Source: Mobula hypostoma (taxonomy: Eukaryota). Taken from it: a stretch of DNA of 64,000 bases. The notes under the pieces were generated by a model that saw nothing but the letters and a program-made list of their open reading frames with translations, made no database searches and was not told where the DNA came from. Position 1 is the first letter of the stretch, and every line of letters begins with the position of its first letter. A program made the position numbers and the translations under genes. The stretch spans positions 96,598,001 to 96,662,000 of the forward strand of contig NC_086108.1 in the NCBI RefSeq assembly GCF_963921235.1. The letters run 5' to 3'. Of the stretch, positions 13,801 through 25,443 are shown one piece after another.

Positions 13801-14343
13801 TCAATACCTCAACATGCAGGAACCCATAAGAATCAGACATGAAAACCAATACTTTGAATATGAAATAAAGTTTGAAGAGCTTCCAGCAGTAGATCAGACC
13901 GGCTGCTAGAACTACCTGCTTTAAGACTAGTCAAAACTGAAAAAGAATCTGAGCAAATTATAACTTTGCAAGGACAGATTTCCTCCACCCACTGTAAGTC
14001 CAAAATAATGGCAGCCAGTTCTGCATTATACACTGATAATTAGTTAATAAGACGTTTCTTTATTGTTACCTGTAATTCAGGCACAAAAACAGATACACCA
14101 ACATTCCCAGTTAAATTATCTTTTGAACCATTAGTAAAGATAGTTGACATATCTCAATAATTTTCCTTAACATACTGATGAACCAACAGACTCTTGGGCA
14201 TATCAGGATCCTTGGATTTCATTAAATCATGGAACCTAAAATCAACTAAAACCATTGGAAAAATGTATGGTGGGGTTACCGAAAAAGCCACAGTGGGATA
14301 AATGACATAATCGCACAAACCCATATTCCAATACAGCGTGCAG
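10872..14343 (-). mobile_element. RNase H-containing LINE (Nimb/I-group-like) 3' part, split by an RTE
   Basis: RNase H motifs AELAAI, ICSDSFS and WVPA..GIEGNERVD.LAK. RLRIGH..LN and ETVEHIFLQC knuckle. (GAA)n tail. TSD ttggaccttct at 10861-10871 and 14344-14354. Confidence 0.8.
11274..13558 (+). mobile_element. RTE-clade LINE (endonuclease end plus RT), disrupted
   Basis: YPGADCNSDH, FIDYIKAFD, RGIRQGCVFSPDLFN, ADD and YGSECW motifs. (TGA)n tail at 13548-13560. Imperfect TSD atgtccaat/atgcccaat. Confidence 0.92.
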
Positions 14344-15301
14344 TTGGACCTTCTAGATACAAGTGTATTTTACTAAAATTAATTGAAACACTTGACTGTA
14401 CACAGGTGATCTCCATCTAACTAATTATGTAACTTTTAAACCCATTTTGGCTACATCTGTTGGTGTATCGTATTAAAGGGGGTGACTACAATCAATTATT
14501 TTCTGTTTTATATTTGTAATTTCGATCACGTTGACATAAGAGTTTTTTTTCTGTTGATCAGTGTCAAAAAAGTGAAATTAAATCTGCTGTGATACAATGT
14601 TGTAAAACAATAAAACATGAAAACTACCAAGGGGGCTGTAACACTATTAAATTTCATCCCATTTCTGTCAATTTCAGATCTTGGTAAAACATCAGGACAG
14701 TGAGAAATTGCTGCAATAATAATCTTGCTGGATTATCAATTTAAAGGCCAAAATTTAAATCTGCATCACAAATTTGTGTTTATTCTAGGTCATATGACTG
14801 GGGAAGGTAATAGTGGAAGTTGTTAACTATAATCATAATCTCAATAATATCATTTCAGGGAGATGGGCTTCTCCTCCTGCTTGCTGGCCTGAACATGATA
14901 CCTGTTCATGTTAATTGGGCAACTATAAGTTGTGCTTTGGGAAGATACTTTGAAGTATAAATATAAACTTGCCAAATATACAAATATTGCCAAATATTTT
15001 TCTATTTTTAGAAAAAAAGAGGGCTATGGATAACCCTAGATAATTTCTAAAGTAAGTACATGTTCAGCACAGCATTGTGGGCTGAAGGGCCTGTATTATG
15101 CTGTAGGTTTTCTATATTTCCATACCTTCACATCCTTCAAGCTAAAATAATACATCAAGCTTACCACCCAAGCAACACCAGAGAAATTGAATGGTTGGGA
15201 AATGAGAAGTAGGTGAGATAATGGATACATTCGGCTCTGTAGGGAACATCAGGGATGATCATCTATTCGATGTACAAATGTTTTAAGAAAAATGAATATA
15301 C

Positions 15302-15387
15302 CAATTCTAACTCCCTTGCATTTGTATCTTCTATCTTCTGAAATGTAGAGAGGCCTGCATTTACCATGGCACAGGACAAGGTAGCAC
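15302..15387 (-). CDS. HFM1: HFM1 coding exon (G)ATLSCAMVNAGLSTFQKIEDTNARELEL
   Basis: 86 nt, atttatag acceptor, TTG|gtatat donor, phase 1 to 0. Confidence 0.95.
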
Positions 15388-16688
15388 CTATAAATACATC
15401 CACAGTAATAACTGCATTATACATTTATTTACCAAATTATTCAGCAATGTTTATTTATATTTATCTATAAATTCGCTGATGATATCACTGTTGTTCGCAG
15501 AATCTCAAATAGTGATGAGAAGGTTTCTCTGAATGCTCCATAAACCCATGAAGATTACCTCATTATGTCTTTTGCACAATTTTGTAGCTTGCAGTAATTT
15601 TTATGCCTTACTAAAACAAATTTCAGAACATATGTCAGCGATAATAATCCTGATTCTGATGTGAAAGTTGACACTGTTCTGCCCATAAGGAAGTACTTCT
15701 ATGTCTATTGAGCTATATTGACCCGCAATTAAGTAATCCCTTCCTCTTCAAATTCTCATCCTTGATTTCAAGCTCTTCTGTGGTCTCCTCCCTATGTACC
15801 TGTGGAATTCTCTCAGTTGTATAAGCCCCTAAGAGATCTGAACTTCTCCAACTTTAGTCACTTAAGCAGGTGTGAATTTATCTGCATCATCACTGATGGT
15901 AGTGCCTTCAACCGGTAAGACTCTAAGTATTGGAATTCTCTTCCTTGGCTTTTTAATACATTTTATTTTGCACTGCTCAAAATATATTGTATCAAAAGTC
16001 CATTCTCTAAATAAGATTGACTCAACTGCATAAGTTAGATCAGACTGATCTGATGTGTTCTGAGGTAGTGGAACCAGGCAAATGGATGCTCCCACAGTTA
16101 AATCCTGTTTAAAATTTGTACTCATTCCTTGGAAGAAATGTCCATCAGGCCCCATGACTCCGGATTCTGATCTGATCAGAATACCCATCCCTCATCCTTA
16201 GTCCATCAGATCACCAGGCCCATTTCTGACTAAGTGCAAAGTTTAATGTTTCTTAGGCGTCATGTGCAATGAAACTCTGCTCTGGTGAATGGGCCTATGC
16301 ATAAAACATATTTTAGTTACCCTAACCCACCATTGCACACTTCCAGGCACAAGCTCAACGACATGGAATTTCTCAGAATGTTCTTAAATATGTAGGGTTT
16401 TTGCATTCTATTTGCCACAACATTTAACAGTGTCTTTAGAGAAAAAAAACTCCCAAGAATCCTCAGACACATTCTGAAATAAGTTCATGTTCAAGTATAA
16501 CTGTCATGCAACCATACATGAATACCACGTTACAGTCAAACGAAAAAAAAACAGGGCCAAGGTGCAAGACACAGTACAACAGTTATACAAAGCAAAGGCA
16601 CCAAACCATAAAGAAGTTATTAGGCTTGATCAAAAGCTTACTTTTATTATATATAGAACAAAACAATACAGTTTTAAGTCTCTTAGGA

Positions 16689-17320
16689 CAGTGGTCCCCA
16701 ACCTCCGGGCCGCGGACCGATACCGGGCCACGAAGCATGCAGGGCTGCAGTGGTAGCCGGAGCGCACCCAGCACATCTTTAAGTAAAAAGCCGAAATAAA
16801 AAAGCTAATTAATTAGGTGCCGCCCAGAAGCCAGTCTTCATTAGAGGAACTGAGGTGGAGAGGGTCAATAACTTTAAATTCTTCTTCATTAAGGATCAAC
16901 ATTTCTCTCTCTGAAAAGTGTCAGAGGGTCTGTCCTGGTACCAGCACGTAACTGTCATTACAAAGAAAGCACAGCAGCGCCTATACTTTATTAGAAGTTT
17001 GTGTAGATTCGACATGTCACCTCAATCCTGACAGCCCTGTCTTTTCAGCCTGTCCGGGCTGGCGTTTAAATTGACCAAATAATGGAACAGCTAAGGGCTC
17101 CAGCACCCTGGAAAGAGGAATGAACATCGCGTAGAGTGAGTGAAATTGGCAATCGCCTCTGATCTGGGCCGACATTTACGTGCCGGGTGGCACCTAATTA
17201 ATTAGCTTGTTTATTTTGGCTTTTTCTTAAAGATGTGCTGGGTGTGCTCTGGCTACTGCTGCAGCCCTGCATGCTTCACGGCCCGGTGTTGGTCCACGGC
17301 CCAGAAGTTGGGGACCACTG
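16689..17320. mobile_element. hAT-type foldback MITE carrying an internal Rex1 fragment
   Basis: Termini cagtggtcccca ... tggggaccactg with about 140 bp of inverted arms. Perfect 8-bp TSD tcttagga at 16681-16688 and 17321-17328. Confidence 0.92.
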
Positions 17321-17939
17321 TCTTAGGAGAGTTGGGGCTTATGGAGAACAGGCAGCAAAGTGTAAACAAGGCCAAGATTAGTTCAACCCTGATCTTATTT
17401 AATGATAGATTGGCTCAGGAGGCTATTTAACCTACTCCTAATCTTACTTTTAATGTTATTTTCTTATGAGAAATGGCCAAATTAACATGTAACATTAATG
17501 AACCTTGGATGTAATCACTTGTCTGCAGGGCAAACTAAACTGCTTACCATCTTGAATTTCTCCTTGAGAAATATATTTGCAAATGTCATCACTCATAGAC
17601 TAGGCCTGAAACACATGAACTCCATGAGCATAGAGTAGTTGATATTTTCCCTCGGGGCTAAGGAATTGGAACTGTTCTTGGACTGCTCTGGGAATTCTAC
17701 CATTTACTGCTTGAAGGCCTCGAATCACTAGCCAATTTCCCCGAGGGGAAGCTGATTATTTTCCCCATAGGTGTTGCATGCTTCATTGGAGGTAGAAATT
17801 GTAGAAATTACATTTATATTGCACCCATTCCTAGCTGCTTTTCCAATGTTAAACTAACATGGTGTTGGCTATTAGCTGGAACTAGCTCTTAGAATACCTA
17901 AACATCAAGCTGACTTAATGCTCAAAATACTAATCCTTG

Positions 17940-18240
17940 GTTTGTCAGCATGGTTTAGAGGCAGTACTCTTACTGCAGACCTGGACATGGTGGACTATTG
18001 CTATGACTTAGCCACATAATCTAATCTGATTTTTCAGTGTAATACTCCATTGATATTTTTTCAGTTGGGATCGTGCATTGAACTCCACATTTCAGTCCCC
18101 TACAACACATTAACTACACACATAGAAGGGCTACATTGATATCTGGAAAAGCATTTACTCTCAAACAATACTATCAAAATAGACTACCTAGTCAATTATT
18201 CCATGATCATTTGATATGTTCAAAACAGCTGCCACGTTCG
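17940..18240 (+). repeat. Old Deu-domain-like SINE remnant
   Basis: Degenerate matches, from memory, to DeuSINE core words (cacataatctaatctga; catttactctcaaacaa...aaaatagactacctagtca). Confidence 0.4.
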
Positions 18241-19075
18241 TCTACATAACATTTCATGATGAACAAATAGGTTTTGCCAATGGGAAGTTCTTTCAGGAAT
18301 AGCATGACAACATTTGGCACAAAATATATACAGTAGTTCTTGTTTACATATTGTGCAAAGGATATAGAGGCATGAGAAACTGCAAAACAGCTTATGGAAA
18401 TTACAGGGAAATTTATTGTACAAATTTGTAAATATCAAGTAAGAATGAACAAATTGTGTTTCTTTTCTCCGGAAAGAGAAAGGGACATAATGATTGTGAC
18501 AACAAAGGGTTTAATAGACCACTATTAAACCCTTAATAGACCATTAAGAAGATATTCCACTTCTGGAAGGTCCACAACCAGAGGCCGTTAAACACAAGAC
18601 AGCCACTAATAAATACAACATAGAACATAGGATGAATTTCTTTACTCATAGAATGTGAAACTCATTACCAGGAAGAATAATCAAAATAATCAAAAAATAA
18701 TTACAATATTTAAGCAGAAGTTTATGAGTGAGAAGGAGCATGCTGAATGGGTTGGAAATTGCTTGTGTGGAACAGGAACCAGTTGTATTAGCTACATGGG
18801 CCAAATGCTTGATATCTGGGATGTTGTTGAGAACTTAATTCTTGTCTGTAGCAGCTGCACATTCTACTCTATTTCCAACACTTGATTCCATTCTGGAATA
18901 GAGTTTCCAAAACAGTGTGGAGCATACAGTGAGTACTAAGCACTGGGTTTAACATGACTGACTGGGAATGAATTTATACACAACCTGACTTATGGTCATT
19001 CAAAGAAAAGCAATGTAAGGTTTACTACTGGAACTTCATAGTCTTTCTAACAATACTGCCTTGATATAAACATAC

Positions 19076-19210
19076 CAATTTTTTCAAGTTGTCTTGATAC
19101 ATAGGAAGAGTTCTCCCAAAGCTTAGCCCTAAAACATTTGGCTAAGATTAGTGAATTCAATAATGCTGAAAAGTTCTTCTTTTCTTCTTGCATGAGCAAT
19201 TCAGAAAGGC
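19076..19210 (-). CDS. HFM1: HFM1 coding exon (C)LSELLMQEEKKNFSALLNSLILAKCFRAKLWENSSYVSRQLEKI(G)
   Basis: 135 nt, ccaatag acceptor, TTG|gtatgt donor, phase 1 to 1. LNSLILAKCFRxKLWENS motif. Confidence 0.96.
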
Positions 19211-19615
19211 CTATTGGTTAAGTAATTACACAAGATACTTAATTAGAAAGCTCAGAAAATGTTTCACTCTTTAAATGATCCTTCAAACATTAATATTTAA
19301 GTATTAAGGATGCAAGAAAACACTAAGGATCCAATTTCAATATCTAATTTCCATTCATATTTTGAATTGTTTATAGATGGAATAAACTATCAGAGAGAAA
19401 GAAAAACTAGCAAGATTGGTGTGAAAAAATAATTTTGTAATAGTACCCCTAACCTGCTTGTATTCACAATTAATATTATAATGTCAGTACTCCTGATTAA
19501 TATTTAAAATTTAGTGATCACACAACTTCAATGGTTTTTATTCAGTCAACAATCAGGAAAGACCAGCAAACAACGTACTGTATATTGCAAAAGGTAACAT
19601 TTAGTTTTTGCTTAC

Positions 19616-19713
19616 ATTTAGTGACTCTTATACCACACTTAAATATTTTGGCTATATCTTGAGTTAATGCAAATTCTTGAATTGGAATGCATCCTAAATG
19701 GGCTTGTATTAGA
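19616..19713 (-). CDS. HFM1: HFM1 coding exon (C)LIQAHLGCIPIQEFALTQDIAKIFKCGIRVTK(C)
   Basis: 98 nt, tttttacag acceptor, AAT|gtaagc donor, phase 2 to 1. Confidence 0.95.
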
Positions 19714-19806
19714 CTGTAAAAAATGAAATATATTATGTTTAGAGCAATATAAAGCAGAAGTATTATTTTTAAAAACTAAAGGAATAAAAGTAATAAATAT
19801 CGAATG

Positions 19807-20011
19807 TAACACACACAAAATGTTGGAACTCAGCAGGTCAGGTAGCATCTATGTAAATAAACAGTTGGCGTTTCAGCTCCTGACGAAGGGTCTCAACCCA
19901 AAACGTCGCCTCTTTATTTATTAGCATAGATGCTGCCTGACCTGCTGAGTTCCTCCAGTATTTAGTGTGTGTTGCTCTTGATTTCCAGCATCTGCAGAAT
20001 CTGTTGTGTTT
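19807..20011. mobile_element. Foldback Penelope pLTR derivative with a degenerate hammerhead
   Basis: Inverted arms (gaactcagcaggtcaggtagcatctatg / catagatgctgcctgacctgctgagttc) around ctgacgaagggtctcaacccaaaacgtc. Imperfect TSD ataaata(tc/ct)gaatg. Confidence 0.75.
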
Positions 20012-20036
20012 ATAAATACTGAATGACCAGAGAAAG

Positions 20037-20290
20037 CCGTAGTGAGGTGCAATGGTTAAGTCACCAAACCAGGAATCCAGACAGCTGGACAAAATATCCA
20101 AAAATAAGAGGTCAAATCACAGCATAGTAACTGAAATTTAAATTCAATTAATCATCTGGAATTTAAAAACAAGTCTGAGTAACAATGACCACAAAATTAC
20201 TCAATGTTTGTAAAAAAAAATAATAACTCCAGAAGCTCCCCAGGGTAGGAAATCTGCCATTCCTGGTGGCAGATTTGGCCCATACTTAAC
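20037..20290 (+). repeat. Decayed tRNA-derived SINE
   Basis: A-box-like ggtgcaatgg and B-box-like ggtcaaatc. The body resembles common shark SINEs, from memory. Confidence 0.45.
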
Positions 20291-21416
20291 AAAACTTCAG
20301 TTTTGCATGATCCTCAAACTTAACTGGCTCAGCACATAGTTTTATCAATCTAACACATTAAAGCATTGACCAAGGCAAGTTTGCTCCATCCCAGTTAACC
20401 TCTAAGGCCCTCACAGGAAAATTCAGTACAATTGGATCTCATGGGTTAGGCATGTGGCACAGTCCTATTTAGGGCCCCTTCCTTAATTCTTTTTCCATTA
20501 CATTGATGCTACAGAACTCAAATTTCATTACCTTTGCACTCTAAAGTTCATAGCACATTTCTGAAACTTCCCTCTCATTTCTTGAGACCTTAAAACACCC
20601 CCTACCTTTTATCAGCTATAGACTCTACCTTTGTCTCAATTATGCTATTTCTGTCTGTAATACTTGGTTCTAACTACCAATTTTCAAAAATATTATTACT
20701 TAATAACTTAATTCTGCACCTTAACATAGATATTCCCTCTGTTCTTGCCATCTTACCCTCTTTGTAATTTAAACTTTGCTTATTTTCTAACTGTTCCATT
20801 TCAATAATCTCTTTGACATGAAACATCAACTCTGGTTTTCTCCCCATTAATGATGTCTGACCTCCTGACATTTTCTGTTTTTATTTCATACTTCCAGCAT
20901 CTGCAGATTTCTTAAAACTCTGCCAGTGCTGGCTTTTGTGACAGAGAATCTTAAAAGGCGGGGTTGGACAGTGAATAAGAGGTGCAAGGATATGTTTGGG
21001 AATAAATCTTGATTCTAATCCATACACATGATTAAAAACTCTACTGAAAGCTAACAGGATGTAAGAAATATCACTTGATTGCCATCCAGCAGAAAGTATC
21101 CTTACTTGAGTTTCAGCCTGATCCTATAAATAACTTGGATTTTTAAAATATATTTATTTTAAGCCATGCTTATAAAGATTTGGAACAGAATTTGACAACA
21201 TTCTTAAAGGGTCAGCAGACACAAACATTAAGAACTTCCCCTTGTTATGGGGAGGTGAACAAGTCTGATACTTTTGCATTTGCTAAAAGTATACTGAACA
21301 GCTTATTCAATAATTTATAGATTCCTAATTTTTTGACACTTGCAACCTAGAAGAATATGGGCATCAAAATATAAACCACATGTTAAATAAATAACATGCT
21401 TGCAAATTTTTCTTAC

Positions 21417-21464
21417 CAATTAACTTTCATTTCATTTGTTTTAATCTTTCCTTCTATAGGAAAC
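21417..21464 (-). CDS. HFM1: HFM1 coding exon (R)FPIEGKIKTNEMKVN(C)
   Basis: 48 nt, atacag acceptor, TTG|gtaaga donor, phase 2 to 2. Confidence 0.93.
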
Positions 21465-22897
21465 CTGTATTAAAGATTGATAAAATATTCATGCAGTCAG
21501 TGTTCAAACATTCAAAAGTAGTAACTCTATCATAGGTAAAATATGGTGATAAACTTTTGGGAAACTAGCTATATTATGTTAATAACTTTGTGAAACACTT
21601 CCTGTAGCTGATTTTCTCTGTCAACTCCAATATGCCCTTACTCCTTGATACCTTTAATTTCCAGAAATGTGTTGATATCTGCTTTGAATGGTCAGTAATT
21701 GAACCACCCCAGTCCCCTGGAGGAGAGAATTGCAAAGATTCATCATCCTCTAAAATGACCTACCCCTCTATTCTCAGCCCCTCAGCTGGTCAACCGAGAA
21801 TTGTTGGTTTATTCCTTTTCTGTCTGATAATCACTTTTAAACCCACATCTATATAATTAACCTCTTTCTGTGTATCCTAACCTTGTTAACCAATCTTCTG
21901 TGGGGAATCTTATCAAAAGCCTTCTGAAAATCCAAATATACTGCAGCCTATGGTTCTCCCTTATCTATTCTACTTGTCAGATCCTCAAAGAACTTCAGTA
22001 GAATGGTCAAACATCATTTTCCTTTCATAAACACATTCTGACTCTACTCATTCATATCTTTCCTTTCAAGGTATTCTGTTCTTATATCCTCCATTATCGA
22101 TGACTGCATTTTCTCTGCTACTGAAATTGGGCTAACAAATGGATAGTTCCTTGTTTCTACTCTCGCTCCATTCCTAAACTGTGGAATCACAACCTACAGG
22201 AACAATTCCAAAATATATAAAATTGTGGAAGGAGATAACCAGAGAGTTCACAACCTCCTCATGCCATATCCACTTCTTTCAAAAATGTCTTCTACTGTAA
22301 AGATACACATAAAGCTGGTGATTAAAGCCTCTGGCATCTCATTGTTTCCCATTATGAATTGTGTCTCTGAATTTTCAAATACATTTGTCCTCACTTTTTT
22401 CTGTTTTTACATATGTATGGACAAGAGGCCACATAGGATATAATTGGATCCAGTGCCTGTTTCAAGTCATTTCTAAATTTGGTTAACAATTGCTATGCAT
22501 GCTGTGCTGAGTTTTCTCAACCAACCTACTGATCTTTTGTTAGAATCTGTCATCAAAGGAATAAGTAAAAAATCTTTATTTACCTGTTCTAATCACACAA
22601 CATGCCCACCTTTTTCCATTATGATGTATTCTGTGTTGTTTTCCTAGTCTGCTTATGTTTTGCTACCTGCATAATTCCTTTCCAGAAAAAAGCCCCACAT
22701 ATATCCAGAGTTTAGAAAGACAGTGTTTTTTTTAATGGTGGAAGGTTAAGTAGTGTTGGTTTCATTATACACTAATAAATGGGTTAATATTCAGCAAGTA
22801 ATTAGTAAGGCAAACAGTATATTGATCTGTACTCTAAAAGGACTTGAGTAAAAGTATGATGATATCTTGCTTCAATTACATAATCCCTAAATATTGT

Positions 22898-24188
22898 CGT
22901 AACCCTCTCACTGTGGCTCATAACAAACTTGGCTCGTTAGCTAACTCTGGCTAACAGCCAAGTGACTCAGCATTGCATGGGCAACGGTGAGAAGGACACC
23001 TTCAATAAGCAACACACGTCTAGGGTCGGTATGATTTACGTTCAACTAAGCAGGAAAGTTGGGATGTTCTGAAGAGGAAATGAAAATTGTGGTGAATGCA
23101 ATGTAAATGCTGCCCCATACAGAGCTATTGTTTGCCAGGAAACAACAGACCTTACACCAGTATAAAATTATAGTGGAAGTATATTTACAGACATTTCAAC
23201 TTTAACAACAAAACACTGGCTTAAACACACAAGTACGGCCCTTAATCAATCCTTATACAGCTTTATACAGCATTCCATCCTGGAAGAGGCCCCAAAAATG
23301 TGACCCTCTCACCGTGGCTTGGAACAAACTTGGCTCATTAGCTAACTCTAGCTAACAGCCACCGGACTCAGCATTATACGGGTAAGAGTGAGAAGGCCAC
23401 CTTCAAGAAGCAATATGTCTAGGGTTGGTATGATTTGGGTTCAACCAAATAGAAAAGTTGGGATGTTTGATGAGGGAATGAAAATTGTGGTGAATGCTGT
23501 GTAAGTGCCGCCCAGTGCAAAGTTATCATTCACCAGGAAATAACAGATTGTACACCAGCATAAAATGAAAGTGGAAGCATATGTACTGATATTTCAACCT
23601 GAACATACAGTTAATTAGGGAAAAAAGGGCCCAATACAGTTAAAGCAGTCTAAATGTGCACATAAATGTTGGCGCTCATTTCTGGAGTAGTCGGGTGCTT
23701 CGCTTTGATTACTCTTGCACTGAACCCACATTCTGCATGATCGTCCCCAGCCACAGTTCGAACTTGCCTCGAAAACCATTTGGAACGAACTGGCTAACTC
23801 AAGAATATTGCCACTTCCTCCTTAGAACCATTTGTCTGCACAAAGCACTTCTTACAATGGGTCGCTCCTTCAAGTGGCATTCTGTGAGCATCTTCCCTTA
23901 TGCTCTGCTCCACACCTCCTCCCAACAAAAACCCAAAACCAATCCCTGTACCTCAGATATCTGATCCTGCCCAGCTCCCTCGAATGTTCCATGGCATTAG
24001 CCGGGATTGGCTGATACACCATTCCTAGGCTGAGCAAATGTTCTTCATCTTAGCTAAGCCAAAACTCAAGTCTATGAACTATAACTAACAGAACATACTG
24101 CATTGGCAGAAAAACTGCTAAAATAAAAATACCTCACAGCATAGCAGTAGAAACAGAATAAAATAATGTTCTTAACCAGGGCATTACA
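22898..24188 (-). mobile_element. Solo LTR (Gypsy-like) with an internal tandem duplication
   Basis: On the minus strand it starts TGTAATGC and ends GGTTACG (degenerate CA). 4-bp TSD ttgt at 22894-22897 and 24189-24192. About 22898-23205 is repeated at 23299-23603. Confidence 0.7.
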
Positions 24189-24222
24189 TTGTGCCGTGAT
24201 CTTCTCCCTATCTGAGGAAAGA

Positions 24223-24395
24223 CATAGCAGGCCAGGCAGCATCTCTAGGAAGAGGTACAGTCGACGTTTCGGGCTGAGACCCTTCGTCAGGACCGAAACG
24301 TCGACTGTACCTCTTCCTAGAGATGCTGCGTTCACCAGTAACTTTGATGTGTGTTGCTTGAATTTCCAGCATCTGCAGAATTCCTCGTGTTTGAG
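24223..24395. mobile_element. Foldback Penelope pLTR derivative with an intact-looking hammerhead
   Basis: Arms gcagcatctctaggaagaggtacagtcgacgtttcgg / ccgaaacgtcgactgtacctcttcctagagatgctgc. 10-bp TSD tgaggaaaga at 24213-24222 and 24396-24405. Confidence 0.85.
24258..24293 (-). ncRNA. Minimal type-I hammerhead ribozyme in the foldback PLE derivative
   Basis: The minus strand reads guc-CUGACGA-a-ggg ucucag ccc-GAAAC-GUC-gacug. Confidence 0.78.
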
Positions 24396-24504
24396 TGAGG
24401 AAAGAAATAATTGTGTTATGGGGAATGCAGCAAAAAAAAAATCACCATTTTAATTCTTAGGATGGTGTGTTTGTAGTATGATGAACATCCAGTACTTTCT
24501 TGAA

Positions 24505-24800
24505 ATTGGAAGAATGAGAGGTGATCTCATTGAATTGTGTAAAATTATTAAGGGAATTGAGAGGATAGATGTGAAAGTTCCCATAGCTTTATGTCCCAAA
24601 ATATAAGATTACAGACTCAGAATAGGGAGTTGGTCATTCATGTCTGAGACAGAGATGAGAAACTTCCTCACTCGGAGGGTGGTAGATCTTTGGAATTTAC
24701 TGCTCAAGAGGGCTGTGGGCACACTATTACTATGTATTTTCATGACAGAGATAGATTTCCAAACATTACAGGAATCAGGGGGTTTGCGCAGTAAACTGAT
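24505..24800 (+). mobile_element. CR1 3' fragment
   Basis: RMRGDLIE..K and MRNFLTRRVVDLWN, typical of the CR1 ORF2 C-terminus. Confidence 0.75.
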
Positions 24801-25336
24801 CAGCCATTATTTTGCTTATCAGAGCAAAAGGCATAATGAATCAAATAAGCTATTCTTGTTACGTTTTATTATGTTATTATGTGTTGTTTCTCTTCATTCT
24901 TCCAGGCAAAATATATTATTTCATACTTTTCTCTATTGAATTACATCTGCTATGTATTTGCCCATTTCACTAACTGTCTGTATTCTCCTAAATTCCATCG
25001 ATATCCTCCTCATGAATTGCTATTTTTCCAAGTTCTATGACCTTTGAAAATTTCAAAATTGAAGGTAGCAAACATTGTGTAAGCATTTCAAAACTGGTAA
25101 AGCTAAATTCACCATTGAAGAAACTCTAAACTGGTCACTTATAAAATACTTTCTTAAATTGTTAAGGTTGCTTAGTAGTGCAAAGGCAATTCACATACCA
25201 AAGTATCTCAAAACAGTCTTGTCAACATCATCTGATGGTAACTCCTGTCTTTGTTTTAGTGAATGTTTATCTCATATACTGTGTAGGCAGAGCATCAGTA
25301 ATACATTGGAAATGGAAAGAACATGACTAGGATTAC

Positions 25337-25443
25337 CTGATGGTGATTCTATTTTTGTCTTTATTCAACGTATTAAGAATCTTCTTTTCATTGATTCTTA
25401 GTTGAATATCTGCAAATTCCTTGCATCGGGATATTACTGTGAC
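25337..25443 (-). CDS. HFM1: HFM1 coding exon VTVISRCKEFADIQLRINEKKILNTLNKDKNRITI(R)
   Basis: 107 nt, aatag acceptor, CAG|gtaatc donor, phase 0 to 2. Contains the EF..I.LR..EK Sec63 motif. Confidence 0.95.

Larger units (their letters stand above)
8041..14650 (-). mobile_element. Tc1-like DNA transposon split by three nested insertions (own pieces about 8041-8859, 10390-10871, 14344-14650)
   Basis: Long inverted termini (ttttcatgttttattgtt at about 8083 and aacaataaaacatgaaaa at about 14606). Decayed transposase motifs GDGYKK, KKVLWSDE.KIELF and PTVKHGG...LWGCF. Confidence 0.85.

Noticed and set aside
18507..18546. 11-bp hairpin gggtttaatag/ctattaaaccc plus a short duplication
   Set aside because: A small template-switch scar within a decayed CR1-like fragment, with no sign of function. 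The same applies to the short tandem duplications at about 8510, 9120 and 10690.
22898..23603. CRISPR-like or satellite array
   Set aside because: Only two diverged long units inside an LTR-like element, in a eukaryotic context, with no repeat-spacer pattern.
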